Notes: generated by a model from the sequence alone, not told the origin. A stretch of DNA of 64,000 nt from a virus (IMGVR_UViG_3300032007_000003:64001-128000); one strand, 5' to 3'. Shown: positions 8,355-19,594, counted from the stretch's first letter. A program made the numbers and translations.

Positions 8355-11300
8355 ATGAATATAGGTGATTCTATAAAGAATGCAGCTACAGATTTATTGA
8401 CAAACAGTGATTTCATATCTAGAACGATTGGAATGACTGCTTCTTATGATGATATCATGTTTATTGTGCAAGCACTTGGACGTGAGCCTATCAGTTTGTT
8501 GGGAAAAGACTATCCATTCATATTTGACCATGTTAGAAGGAATTTCCAACAAGGTGTCAGTGTGCCTAGTACAATAAACGAAGGTTGCCCTAAGTTTACA
8601 TTCTATAAGGAAGTACCAACTGTTAGATTTGCAGACCCATATCATGACCCTCTTAGGTTATTGGATAGATGGATTCCTAATATGGAATTTGGAGACACTG
8701 GAGGTCATGAAGGAAATGCAGCACATGGCTTAACAAAGCATTATTCTGAGTCAAATGATGGTGTAACCAATAATAAGGTAATTGGTTTGACAAGTGAGTT
8801 GGATAGTGGTAATCCTGGAACATACTTTGGAGCAATCCAGAGTTACGGTCCAGAATTATCTACTTGTGATTTGATTAAGAAGACAAATGATAACTTTAAT
8901 CATGGAAAATATAAAACCCTTATAGCTAGATTCCATACCAATTCAGATGATTCAAGAAGTGGTGATAACCCAACACAGACAGCCATATCTAATCAATATG
9001 GAATGTCTCATGGTAGGAACTTGTTAAAGATTACACCTACAACAGAGAATGGGTATGATAACCCATATTGTAGGGTATGGACTTATCACCATCAATATAA
9101 TCAAATTCAAAGGTTAATAAGACCTTTCAGTAATGTTGATAGTGCTGAAAATCTTGAGAAGAATGAGACAAGTCTTGGTTCAAGCGTTGGTTTCAGAACA
9201 ATTGGTGATGAGGATTTCGATGGTGGAAGCAGACGTTTGGATAAATATGGAGTTCTTAATTATAAAAATGGGTTCGTAAATATTGCCCCAACAGCAAAAA
9301 TTAAGGACTATTTCGATAATAAACAAGATACTGAGGATTCCATTTCTATAAAGAAATGTATGTTCTCAATCGAAAACCTTGCTTGGAGAGATGATAAGGC
9401 AAAGGTTAAGGAATATGAACAGCAAGGTCTTTCAGCGGAACAGAGAGGTCCACTTGGCGGTAGAATAATGTGGTTTCCACCATATGATTTAACATTTAAT
9501 GAGGATGTATCTGTTAATTGGAATAATAATCAATTTATAGGTAGAGGTGAGGGGTTATATACCTATACAAATACAGAGAGAAGAGGCAATCTATCATTTA
9601 CACTTATAATTGACCACCCTTCAGTACTTGACTATTGGACTGGGCATAAACGTAGTGGAATGAAGAATAACGGTAGGGAACTAGCCGAAGGAAACATTGG
9701 AGGTGTTGATAACAAGTACAATCAAGAGAATACATTGCTTCGTTTCTTCGCTGGTTGTGATATCCTTACAGCAAAACCTCAAGATTACTATATGAGAGTT
9801 GAAGAACCAAAGGTAGAGGTGAAGGAAACAGAACTAGAACCAGAGGTAGTTGAACCAGATGAAACTCCAACAAAGACGAAAAAACAGATACAAGTTCTAT
9901 TATTCTACCCAAACAACTATAGTGGTAAGGATGATGGAAGTAATTCTGTAAATCCTATATGGTATTTGATGGCTGGTGTCGGTACACAAAAATATGTTGA
10001 TATTGATGATGAAGGTAAAGGTACTAAAAATGCAATTGATATTCCAACAACAATTAATTTTTTGTCAGCATCAACAAATACAGGATATGAAATGAATGGT
10101 TCTAAGGGTATTTCAATAGTAGATGAACAAATAGCTTGGAATGTTCCTGATGCTTCGAAGCATAGCACAATAGTTATGTCATATGCTGATAAAACATCAA
10201 AAGAAAGAAAAGCACAATATTTAACTGACGAAAATGGTAATACAATTACAGTTACATACACATATCCTACTACTGTTTTAAATGATGAAAAAAGAGAGGT
10301 TAGTGGTTCTACGACCAAGAATTATAAATTAGCTAAGATTATAGGTTCTCAAGCAATGGGTCTTGGTAGTGCATATGGTAATAACTTAACTGGTGAAGAC
10401 CATCTTTGGTATCGTAAGCGTTACTACTACAGAGTTGATAAAGCATATGAAAATCAAGACTTTTCAAATAGCGATAGCTACTTGGATACACAGTCTTTTA
10501 AACTTAATTCAACTGGTTATGCTTCTGCAACAGCCGTTACAGAATTCCAATTAGAGAAGGAATCACTATACAGCTTTAGTGACTTATTCGCAGCATTGGA
10601 AACTTCAAATAAAGTAGTGCCAAACACTGACAAATCAAAGGAACTTAAAAAGATTTTAACTGATAAAGATAGATATGAAATAACTAGTCTTAAGTACTTC
10701 GGTCATGCTTCTTATCAAGGTAGAAAAAATTCTAACAATGACCTAGCTAAGAATAGAGCAAACACTCTTAAGAAGTGGCTTGAAGGATTTGACCAATTTA
10801 AGGGTGTTCAATCAGAAGAGCCTATTATTAAAAATCAGAGTGAGAAACCAGTAATTAATGTTGGTAGTAATAGTGAACTTAACACTAAGTTATGGAGAAG
10901 TGCTTCTGTAATCATTGAATATAATGAGTTATCAGTATCAAAGGCGGTTGAAACTCCTGCAAAGCAGAATATTGATAAGGTGGAGATTCCAAATGGTATA
11001 ACTTCCAATAAGTTAAACAATCTTTCTGTTAGTGGTCTTAGAATAAGTCCATATAGTGTACTTTCAGACCCAAAGAATGATATGATGAATTATAGGTTTG
11101 ACCCTAAGAGTGGAAAGTTCATCTATGTAGAGCCTAAAGAACCACAACCATCAGATACTGCTGAAACTAGTGTTGTACAAAGATACGATAATGAGGGCGA
11201 ATTCTTTGAGTTACTTGATAAGGAAGCTCCATTCTTGCATCATTTAATTAGTGAGAAGATAAGATACTTTGACCCAGCATTCCATTCTATATCACCAGAG

Positions 11301-11813
11301 GGCTTTAATTCTAGATTAACCTTCTTACAACAATGCACAAGACAAGGTTCAACCATTGAGAATGGTAATCCAAATCAGATTACAGCCTATAACTTGGCAT
11401 TTGGTAGACCTCCAATTTGTGTGTTGAGAGTTGGTGATTTCTATAATACAAAGATTATCATCAATAGTTTGAATATTCAGTATGATAACACACAATGGGA
11501 TTTAAACCCAGAGGGTATTGGTGTAATGCCGATGTTTGCAAAGGTATCAATAACATTCACATTCCTTGGTGGTAGTGACCTTGCTGGACCGATTGCACGT
11601 CTTCAGAATGCTGTTTCATTCAATTATTATGCGAATGCTGGAGTATATGATAATCGTGCTGAAATGGTTGAATATGACCCTAATGGTAGTGGAAGACCAG
11701 TTAAATTCAAAGGGTATGTATATCCTAATTTAACTAAGAAAGGCACAGTAGATGTATCTGAGGCGTATGGAGACAATGGACAAAAGATAACTAAAAATGG
11801 TAATACTAAATAA
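8355..11813 (+). CDS. tail tube initiator / baseplate protein with inserted OmpA-like domain
   Basis: Tube-like segments PPYDLTFNEDVSVNW...GRGE...YTNTER and FGRPPICVLRVGD...MFAKVSITF; OmpA-like GHAS..G...NNDLAKNRA. Confidence 0.6.
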   Translation: MNIGDSIKNAATDLLTNSDFISRTIGMTASYDDIMFIVQALGREPISLLGKDYPFIFDHVRRNFQQGVSVPSTINEGCPKFTFYKEVPTVRFADPYHDPLRLLDRWIPNMEFGDTGGHEGNAAHGLTKHYSESNDGVTNNKVIGLTSELDSGNPGTYFGAIQSYGPELSTCDLIKKTNDNFNHGKYKTLIARFHTNSDDSRSGDNPTQTAISNQYGMSHGRNLLKITPTTENGYDNPYCRVWTYHHQYNQIQRLIRPFSNVDSAENLEKNETSLGSSVGFRTIGDEDFDGGSRRLDKYGVLNYKNGFVNIAPTAKIKDYFDNKQDTEDSISIKKCMFSIENLAWRDDKAKVKEYEQQGLSAEQRGPLGGRIMWFPPYDLTFNEDVSVNWNNNQFIGRGEGLYTYTNTERRGNLSFTLIIDHPSVLDYWTGHKRSGMKNNGRELAEGNIGGVDNKYNQENTLLRFFAGCDILTAKPQDYYMRVEEPKVEVKETELEPEVVEPDETPTKTKKQIQVLLFYPNNYSGKDDGSNSVNPIWYLMAGVGTQKYVDIDDEGKGTKNAIDIPTTINFLSASTNTGYEMNGSKGISIVDEQIAWNVPDASKHSTIVMSYADKTSKERKAQYLTDENGNTITVTYTYPTTVLNDEKREVSGSTTKNYKLAKIIGSQAMGLGSAYGNNLTGEDHLWYRKRYYYRVDKAYENQDFSNSDSYLDTQSFKLNSTGYASATAVTEFQLEKESLYSFSDLFAALETSNKVVPNTDKSKELKKILTDKDRYEITSLKYFGHASYQGRKNSNNDLAKNRANTLKKWLEGFDQFKGVQSEEPIIKNQSEKPVINVGSNSELNTKLWRSASVIIEYNELSVSKAVETPAKQNIDKVEIPNGITSNKLNNLSVSGLRISPYSVLSDPKNDMMNYRFDPKSGKFIYVEPKEPQPSDTAETSVVQRYDNEGEFFELLDKEAPFLHHLISEKIRYFDPAFHSISPEGFNSRLTFLQQCTRQGSTIENGNPNQITAYNLAFGRPPICVLRVGDFYNTKIIINSLNIQYDNTQWDLNPEGIGVMPMFAKVSITFTFLGGSDLAGPIARLQNAVSFNYYANAGVYDNRAEMVEYDPNGSGRPVKFKGYVYPNLTKKGTVDVSEAYGDNGQKITKNGNTK

Positions 11814-11818
11814 TTTTT

Positions 11819-12136
11819 ATGAATTACAGCAGATATAAATCATTTGTTTCAAATGGAAGTTATAAGAATGTACCTTTTATTGGGATTCCAGTAAGAGGTA
11901 CTGACTGTTATACATACTATGAAGTTGGTAAGACTAGATTGGATTTATTATCTTATCAGTACTACAATGACCCTAATTATGGTTGGTTGATATTACAAGC
12001 TAACCCAAGTTTGGGTTCTTTGGAATATAGGATAGAGAATAATTCAAAGATACGTATTCCTTATCCATTGGATATTGCGATACAAGGTTACGAGGATGAC
12101 ATAAACAATTATGTAAAATTATACGGTTTAAATTAA
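11819..12136 (+). CDS. LysM-like baseplate wedge protein (gp53 / P2 gpX-like)
   Basis: RLDLLSYQYYNDPNYGWLILQANP...IRIP signature. Confidence 0.75.
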   Translation: MNYSRYKSFVSNGSYKNVPFIGIPVRGTDCYTYYEVGKTRLDLLSYQYYNDPNYGWLILQANPSLGSLEYRIENNSKIRIPYPLDIAIQGYEDDINNYVKLYGLN

Positions 12137-12142
12137 AAATAG

Positions 12143-15100
12143 ATGGCTGCACATTCAAGTGTACAATACGTAGAACCAAATAGTGATTTAGAGAATATCA
12201 GCAATTATAGCGAATATTTGACAACAGATGGAAGGGTTTATGATAAGGTCATAGACCCTGAAGACTATTGTATTGGTCTTTCCATTTCAACTGTGCTTTG
12301 TAATAGAGGACAATCATTGGCTGATGGAAATCAGCTTCTAACACTTTCATGGGAGAATACAAAGGAGAATACAAAGGTGAATTTCATGAGTGGTACACTA
12401 GTTTCTTCAACCAAAAATGACAGTATCAAAGATAACCTTAACATACCATATTTGACAACCAACTATGCTGATATGTATGTTACTGATATAAAACATTACG
12501 GTACAACTGAAATGATTGGTATTAAGTCAGTTAACATCGATTTTGAGAATGCCGTATTACCAGTAATTACAGTTCAGTTCACTGACGTTAGGGGTATGTC
12601 TTTATTCACACCAAGAGAGTTTAGTGGATTAGATAAATTGACTGCAAATGGGGTTGTTGATGCAAGTGATGTTGCACAGTGTTTCTTCCAATGTTTCTTC
12701 AAATTCCCTTATCCAAAGTTCAATATAACGGTTAAGGGTTTCTATGGAAAACCAGTATCTTATGAGGTTACATGTGATAAATTCGAGACAGATTTCAATG
12801 CTGAGAACGGTAATTTCGATGTGACTGTAAGGTTTATTGGATATAAATATTCATTTCTATCTGATATAACCACTGAGATGCTTTTGCTTGCGCCATATAC
12901 TGATTATCTAGGAGAACAGTATTGGGAGGAACAGAAGCATAATCATCACTTTGTGGTCACTGATGCATATGGTCAAGAAAAAGAGATGCCAAGATTACTT
13001 GAGATATGGAGTAGCATTAGTGATATCATAACAAACGGGGGGGACGGTTCTAACGGCACAACGATGACTCGTGAGGATGACACCCATGACGAGGAAAGAA
13101 GACAGCTAGAAGCCATTAAAAACACTTATACGGCATGGTATGAGCAACTATGGAAGGAAGTGGTTAAGAAGTATGGTAAGGACAACTGCTTCATAAGGGT
13201 TTTGAATAGTGGGGAATATGATAGAATTATTGTATTGATAGATAGTAATAACACATCTGAAAATCTATCTGACGATGCAAAACAGTTCTCAAATGAGATG
13301 CAGAAAATAAACACTGATTTATATGCATTGATTGAGGAATATAATAGTACTTTTGCTGATATCAGTCCATTGGAGAAATTATCACAAGATTTTTCCAAGT
13401 ACCTTAATGTACCTTTATTTAATTCTGTAACCATAAATGACAAGAATAGGTTCATATTCAATGGTTATGATGAAAGCACACCAATTTCAAAGGACATTGC
13501 CGATGAAATGGTAATGAACCGTATTGGAATTGATGGAGAACAAAACCTTGGAAGTTCAGCAAGGCATCAAAAGACATTGAAGACTGTATACAATGATGGA
13601 AGTGTACAGAAGACAAATTGTTTCCATATAGATGTTGATTATACAAGTATTCAGATTAGGATAAACAAGCTCACTGCCGATGCCAACAAATCTTATAATG
13701 AGAAGAAGAGAAACAAGGATATACACAACAGAAATATAGAGCTTGTAAGACAATTGGGTTTTAAACCAACCATTGAAAATTTCACCAAGATTATAATGGC
13801 TCATGTTGAAACATTGATGCATATGATTTATACAGTTACGGATGAAATCAAGGCTGATTCAACTAGAACACCTAATGGTCTTGGAATGACAACTGGTAAG
13901 GAAGGAAACTTATCTGACGTAAAAGATGATTTTCAAGATGGTTTAATACCACCATTCCCTAGGGTTACAAAATCAATAACAGAGGATGATGGCACGCAGA
14001 AGCAACAAGACGTATGGATTGGCGAATTCGATAAAGACCAATTTAAGGAGGTTGACCTTGTTGAGACGTTTTTCAATGCTGCTGAGAAGTTCATGCAGTT
14101 GAGACAGCAAATGGCTGAGAAAATAGAACAAAAGAAGAAAGATAGAATGGATGCTGAGAAGGGTATTGAGCATGGTGTCGTGAGATATCCGTTGACATCT
14201 TATGACTTCTTCCTAAAGTCAAATATATATGGCGATGATGTTATAGAAACTATGGATAAATTCGCAGGTGCTGTGGCTGTTAGAATGTTTGATATTCTAT
14301 CCATTAACTTCTTTGCAAATGAGTTTAACAAAGATTGGCATAAATATGCTAAAAATTTGGGTAGAGTAGAAGCACATAACTTCTATAAGAGTGTTGATAC
14401 AACCTCCAATAGTGAAATTAGAGAATGGATTACACTTGATAATGGCGTATTTGACTCCAACTATATAACAAGTGTAATGAAATCTACAGAAGGTAAATAT
14501 CCTTGGTCATTCGATAGTGGAAGCAAAGAAGCAAAGGCTCTATTTTCAAATGATAAATGGTTGAGAAGATATAAGTTTACAAATCAAGCTGGTTATGGCG
14601 GTGAATCTTATATGTATCAAGTTCAGAACATATCATTTGATACAATGAGGGAAAACTATAACTTGTTTAATGGTCCTAATGAGAATTTCTCAAATAGTGA
14701 TGTCATTCTAGCCATGAAGACAAAACAAATAGATTCCCTTGATTTCAAGTCACTTACTGATGATTATAATGGACATTATAACTTGATAATTGTTGATGAC
14801 TATACAAAGGTCAAGAATATGATGGATGTAGCAATATCCGAGACATTTAACTCTTATAGTGGTATTTCAGAGAATATTTCAAACTCTTGCAGTCTAGATA
14901 ATGCATTGGAGGGGTATTATAAGAATTTATTCAAGGATGAAGGTGTTTCATCATTCTGCAAAAAGGACAAGGACTTTAACATAAGTGAAAAAATAAGTAC
15001 AAAGATTTTCAATACAGATGCATTCTATGTCTTCGGAAAAGATAGGAATATATTGAAAGACAAAGATGGAAACAAGAAAAAATACACTAGTTCAAAACAA

Positions 15101-18100
15101 GACCTTGAGGATTATTTCAAGACTGAAATCAATGGAAAATATATCAATAGTTGCTTCTTAAGTGAAGTTTTCAATTATGGTAATGATGGTAAGATAAACC
15201 ATAAGTCATCTGTTCTAAACAATGATTTTTCACCTTATGAGTTCTTGATGGGTATTGATTGTATCAATTATAATACTTTGTCTGATTTATTAAAAAGAAA
15301 AACAAAGGGGGATAAGACGTTTATTTATCTTCCTAGATTCCTTGTTCTCCAACTTGGAGCAATACTCCAATATTCTGTTGATAAATCTGGTGGTATAAAC
15401 ACTTCGTTGACAATTGGGGATGACCTTAAAATGCAAAAAGAATTAAGAGACCTTGCAAGTACCTATTTAAATCAGATTAGTATATACTCTAGGATGATTT
15501 TAATGCAATATTATCAAGATTGGGCTTCAAAGGAATTCAATGACATAAAAAATAAATTAAGTGGTGAAAATTCAAATAGAAATGTTGCAGTAGCTGATGT
15601 TGAAAAAGGTAGGGTATTACTTAATCAAAATAGTGAAGATATTAAAAATTTAACAAATAAGATGATGTTGCCTATACTGCTTGTAAATGGTAATGTTAAC
15701 CATTTTGTTGATGATAATAGATATTGTCTCGAAACAAAATTATATAAGGTTGAAAATGACACTGTTTATCAAGACTATTTGGATGGTTTCATTGATGAAT
15801 TGAATCAGTTGTTGGGAGTTGATTATAAGGCTGATGAGAACGGTAACATGGTAAGAAGGTCTAAGGATGCCAATAACACCTCAGACGAGATGAGAATGGA
15901 ATTATACAGATATCTAAAGCAGATATATGACAAATGGATTCCTTCTTCAACCGAAAAGGATTGGAACTATCAGAACTTCTTTGACAAGAGTGGGGCTGAC
16001 TATCAATTCTATTTCATCGATTCTTATTACAACAAAATTGGCGATAAGTTGTTATTAAATCCACAAAAACTGTTTGAGAGAATAGACACCTTAACAAGCT
16101 ATAGTGATATCAAGTCAAACGTACTTTCATTCTTAAGCTGCGTTTATACTGATAACAGATGTATGTTTAAATGTATACAGAACTTCATTGACTTGTCAAA
16201 GAGGGAATCAATGGAGAATATGTTCAAACCATTACCATATTCAAATGCGTTTGACCCTAAGAATATAAGGAATGGTCAAGACTTTGTTGTGTGTTATACA
16301 TATGAACCATCAAAGCACTTGGACATACAAGGTGCTGAATATGAGGATGATAGTTTCATGCTTAATAATGAGTCAAAGACTCCTATGTCAATTAGGACAA
16401 GAGGTGCAAAAGGTGATTTCTATACAATACCTGCATTTGGTGTAACATATGGAAAACAATATCAGAGTTTCTTCAAGAAAGTATCTGTGAATACAAGGGG
16501 AGCAATACAAACTGAACAGAGTATCATGGCTAAGTTCTCAATTTTGAATGAGAAGAGTGATAAAAACAAGAATGCAACACAAGGTCAAGATATGTTTGAT
16601 ATCTATGCTGGGCAATCCTTCACTTGTACAGTTGAGATGATGGGATGTGCATGGGTACAACCAATGATGTATTTCGTACTTCTTAATGTACCAATGTTTA
16701 GGGGTTCTTATCAGATTTATAAGGTTAGCCATAGTATAACACCTGGAAATATGTCAACCAAGTTCATAGGTAGTCGTATGCCTAATGTTGGTAATAAATT
16801 GGTTAAGGATGTATTCATTAGTCCAGAAGGTGATGATACAGAATATATACCAAATGATGCAGTTACATTCAATAATGCAATGGCAAATAATGACAATGAT
16901 TGTCCATATGCAGTGTTCCCAATATTTAGCACAAGCACAAATGGTGCATCAGCTAGTCCAAATGCACAAACTGCAATGAGTATTTTACTCCCTTATCTTA
17001 ATAACAATGCTAAAGCTGCTGCTGGTATCTGTGGCAATATAATGCAAGAAAGTGGATTTAATGAGTTTGCAGTTAATAAGTCTAGTTTTGCAGCTGGTCT
17101 ATGCCAATGGATGCCAGCATATCACTTATTTTCTGACATGTATAATAACAGAACTTCAGAATATGGACATTGGCCAGGTGGCAATGAAACTGGTTTAAGT
17201 AAAAAATCTGATGTTTATGAACTTATTAAAAATAAAAGTTTTGAAGCCCAAATAAGATTTGCAATAGAATCTGTTAAGAATAATAATCATAATGATTTTA
17301 AGAATGTATATAATAAGTTAGCTGCTGCTACTACTGTTGGAGAGGCTGTTGGAATTTGGTTATGGGGTTATGAAAGGCCTGGAACAGCAGAAACTCATCA
17401 AGCTCAAAGAGAGAAGTTTGCAATGGATATTTATAACGTATTTACTGGCGGTTCACAACAAAATGATAGTACTAAAGAATTAACAGAAATGAATGAGGAT
17501 ATTTATGAATTATTCTTCAGTGCGATTAACAAGACAGCACAAAATACAGAGTCAATGAAATTCGAGTTGAAGAACAGTTATTATCCAAATAAGAACGATA
17601 GCAATAAGGTTATGATGGTTAGTGCTGCTAATTCTCAAAATAATGCGAAATTGGCAAAATTATTTGATTGTATATTAAATACTAAAGAATATTTTAGATA
17701 TGTGAAGGATTTATATTGGGTATATGACAATAATGTTGTATCTAATATTGTTAGAATCGATTTGAAACTGTCTTCAAAGGATGTACCAACTAATGAACAA
17801 CACGTACATTTCTTCTTGAGTGGCACTAAGTCTAGTGATGCACAAGCATCAAAAGATAAGTGGAATGTTGAAGATTTCAGTGATGATTTGAAACATTCTC
17901 TTGGAAAGACATATGGTGATATAGGTAAAGGAAACATTAATAAACTTTTAAATGGATGCTTAAACGATATTGATAGTTTATCAGCTTATTCTCCAAGCGA
18001 TTGTGCAAGTGTTGGCAATGATATCATTGCGTTGGGCAGCGAAATAAGTAAGGGAGACGCTGGTTTCATTGATGGTTGGAATGTTGGCAAAGCATGTGCT

Positions 18101-18499
18101 ACACTTATTAAAAGAGCTAAACCAAAATACATAAAAGGACAATGCGGAAATTGTGCAGCTTATGTTGAATATGCAATAAAAGAAGGTGGAGGTCCGAGAA
18201 TGAATTGTGGTGATGGAAAATATGCAACTAATTTAAGATATAGAGGAATTCTTAAAGAAAATGGATTCGTAATGATTGATAGCGGTATAGTTAAACCTTA
18301 TGGAGACGCAAAGATACCATTACAATCTGGCGATGTTGCTATTATTGGTAAGGATGCACTTACAGAGGGTGGAAAATATCATGCTTGTATGTTCTCATCA
18401 CAAGGTTGGATTTCAGACTTTAAACAAAAACACATGAGTCCATACGATTCAAGCTTGCCTTATGCTATTTATAGATTCCATAATAAACAAAAAGCTTAA
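12143..18499 (+). CDS. baseplate hub / tail-associated lysin (phage tail lysozyme plus C-terminal CHAP/NlpC-like amidase)
   Basis: Hub-like N-terminus and GSYQIYKVSHSITPG; AAAGICGNIMQES lysozyme motif; CAAYV...GDV...HACM...WISDFKQ amidase motif. Confidence 0.75.
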   Translation: MAAHSSVQYVEPNSDLENISNYSEYLTTDGRVYDKVIDPEDYCIGLSISTVLCNRGQSLADGNQLLTLSWENTKENTKVNFMSGTLVSSTKNDSIKDNLNIPYLTTNYADMYVTDIKHYGTTEMIGIKSVNIDFENAVLPVITVQFTDVRGMSLFTPREFSGLDKLTANGVVDASDVAQCFFQCFFKFPYPKFNITVKGFYGKPVSYEVTCDKFETDFNAENGNFDVTVRFIGYKYSFLSDITTEMLLLAPYTDYLGEQYWEEQKHNHHFVVTDAYGQEKEMPRLLEIWSSISDIITNGGDGSNGTTMTREDDTHDEERRQLEAIKNTYTAWYEQLWKEVVKKYGKDNCFIRVLNSGEYDRIIVLIDSNNTSENLSDDAKQFSNEMQKINTDLYALIEEYNSTFADISPLEKLSQDFSKYLNVPLFNSVTINDKNRFIFNGYDESTPISKDIADEMVMNRIGIDGEQNLGSSARHQKTLKTVYNDGSVQKTNCFHIDVDYTSIQIRINKLTADANKSYNEKKRNKDIHNRNIELVRQLGFKPTIENFTKIIMAHVETLMHMIYTVTDEIKADSTRTPNGLGMTTGKEGNLSDVKDDFQDGLIPPFPRVTKSITEDDGTQKQQDVWIGEFDKDQFKEVDLVETFFNAAEKFMQLRQQMAEKIEQKKKDRMDAEKGIEHGVVRYPLTSYDFFLKSNIYGDDVIETMDKFAGAVAVRMFDILSINFFANEFNKDWHKYAKNLGRVEAHNFYKSVDTTSNSEIREWITLDNGVFDSNYITSVMKSTEGKYPWSFDSGSKEAKALFSNDKWLRRYKFTNQAGYGGESYMYQVQNISFDTMRENYNLFNGPNENFSNSDVILAMKTKQIDSLDFKSLTDDYNGHYNLIIVDDYTKVKNMMDVAISETFNSYSGISENISNSCSLDNALEGYYKNLFKDEGVSSFCKKDKDFNISEKISTKIFNTDAFYVFGKDRNILKDKDGNKKKYTSSKQDLEDYFKTEINGKYINSCFLSEVFNYGNDGKINHKSSVLNNDFSPYEFLMGIDCINYNTLSDLLKRKTKGDKTFIYLPRFLVLQLGAILQYSVDKSGGINTSLTIGDDLKMQKELRDLASTYLNQISIYSRMILMQYYQDWASKEFNDIKNKLSGENSNRNVAVADVEKGRVLLNQNSEDIKNLTNKMMLPILLVNGNVNHFVDDNRYCLETKLYKVENDTVYQDYLDGFIDELNQLLGVDYKADENGNMVRRSKDANNTSDEMRMELYRYLKQIYDKWIPSSTEKDWNYQNFFDKSGADYQFYFIDSYYNKIGDKLLLNPQKLFERIDTLTSYSDIKSNVLSFLSCVYTDNRCMFKCIQNFIDLSKRESMENMFKPLPYSNAFDPKNIRNGQDFVVCYTYEPSKHLDIQGAEYEDDSFMLNNESKTPMSIRTRGAKGDFYTIPAFGVTYGKQYQSFFKKVSVNTRGAIQTEQSIMAKFSILNEKSDKNKNATQGQDMFDIYAGQSFTCTVEMMGCAWVQPMMYFVLLNVPMFRGSYQIYKVSHSITPGNMSTKFIGSRMPNVGNKLVKDVFISPEGDDTEYIPNDAVTFNNAMANNDNDCPYAVFPIFSTSTNGASASPNAQTAMSILLPYLNNNAKAAAGICGNIMQESGFNEFAVNKSSFAAGLCQWMPAYHLFSDMYNNRTSEYGHWPGGNETGLSKKSDVYELIKNKSFEAQIRFAIESVKNNNHNDFKNVYNKLAAATTVGEAVGIWLWGYERPGTAETHQAQREKFAMDIYNVFTGGSQQNDSTKELTEMNEDIYELFFSAINKTAQNTESMKFELKNSYYPNKNDSNKVMMVSAANSQNNAKLAKLFDCILNTKEYFRYVKDLYWVYDNNVVSNIVRIDLKLSSKDVPTNEQHVHFFLSGTKSSDAQASKDKWNVEDFSDDLKHSLGKTYGDIGKGNINKLLNGCLNDIDSLSAYSPSDCASVGNDIIALGSEISKGDAGFIDGWNVGKACATLIKRAKPKYIKGQCGNCAAYVEYAIKEGGGPRMNCGDGKYATNLRYRGILKENGFVMIDSGIVKPYGDAKIPLQSGDVAIIGKDALTEGGKYHACMFSSQGWISDFKQKHMSPYDSSLPYAIYRFHNKQKA

Positions 18500-18501
18500 A
18501 G

Positions 18502-18533
18502 TTTGGAATTTTAACATTTTTTATATATCTTTG
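18502..18533 (+). promoter_or_regulatory. Bacteroidota-type primary sigma promoter
   Basis: TTTG-N20-TATCTTTG. Confidence 0.75.
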
Positions 18534-18554
18534 CATAAATTGGTAAAAAGTGTT

Positions 18555-19142
18555 ATGATTTTAGGCTATATTGTTACGGAAAGGAAACTTACAAACATTG
18601 ATGGCTTTGTGGAGCAAGTTAATGACATTTCATTGGCAGACTCCACGAAGCCAATACTTATTGTAGGTTGGAAGAAAGCAAAGGAAGACCCAAGGTACAC
18701 ATCCATTTTGGAGAAACAGCTTGATGAAAACATATATTGGACTTTTAGTAGAACTGAAAGCCGTTCTGATTTTGAAGATGATTTAAAAATCTTCTATAAT
18801 ATAATATATAATAATATATTAAATAATATAAAATATTATTATATTAATATATTTAAGTTAAAGTATAGTAATATAAAGAAATTATATAATATAATATTAA
18901 ATTCTGAAGAAATTAAAAATATTTATTTAAATAAGAACGTATTATATATTCCGCATGAAGGTAAAATCTTTGGATTATCACTTACAGTATTGGAATATTG
19001 TGGTATACCAATGATAAAGGTTCTTGATAAGATTAAATCTAAGGGAATTAATATCATTGAGGATAACAAGAAGTTTATCTTCAAGTTATCAAAACAGCTT
19101 GGAAATAAGAAGTATGCACTTCCATACTTTATATCTAGTTAA
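18555..19142 (+). CDS. hypothetical protein
   Basis: ORF 18462..19142; ATG at 18555 lies downstream of the promoter. Confidence 0.65.
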   Translation: MILGYIVTERKLTNIDGFVEQVNDISLADSTKPILIVGWKKAKEDPRYTSILEKQLDENIYWTFSRTESRSDFEDDLKIFYNIIYNNILNNIKYYYINIFKLKYSNIKKLYNIILNSEEIKNIYLNKNVLYIPHEGKIFGLSLTVLEYCGIPMIKVLDKIKSKGINIIEDNKKFIFKLSKQLGNKKYALPYFISS

Positions 19143-19154
19143 ATACATTTAGTA

Positions 19155-19562
19155 ATGGCAGAACATGGAATAATAATTGGAACATTTGTAAAGAAAAACA
19201 GAATTTTATCATTTATAGAAACTCTAAAAAATAGTTTTGGTATCAAGCTTGATAAATTATTTATTTATTCAATCGATACCAATAAGCGTGAATATTTGGT
19301 TACATTCAAGACTTTTGATAAAGAGAGGTTTATTAAGAATCTTGAGAATGCAACTGTTATGCACGTTAAGAATGGATGTTTATTTTCCATCAATGCCCTT
19401 AACAAGTTAATTGAAAGAGACAATGAAGGTTATGATTTACCAAACAATGAATTTGTTGTTGATTGGGATAAATATAAAAACAAACTTATAATTATAACAA
19501 ATGGTGAACTCTCCATATCTAATCTATCCAAAATAGAGGATAAGTCGTTGTTTTTCAACTAA
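19155..19562 (+). CDS. hypothetical protein
   Basis: 135-aa ORF in operon. Confidence 0.65.
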   Translation: MAEHGIIIGTFVKKNRILSFIETLKNSFGIKLDKLFIYSIDTNKREYLVTFKTFDKERFIKNLENATVMHVKNGCLFSINALNKLIERDNEGYDLPNNEFVVDWDKYKNKLIIITNGELSISNLSKIEDKSLFFN

Positions 19563-19594
19563 TGAGATATTTATAGTAAATAAATTCATAGAGT

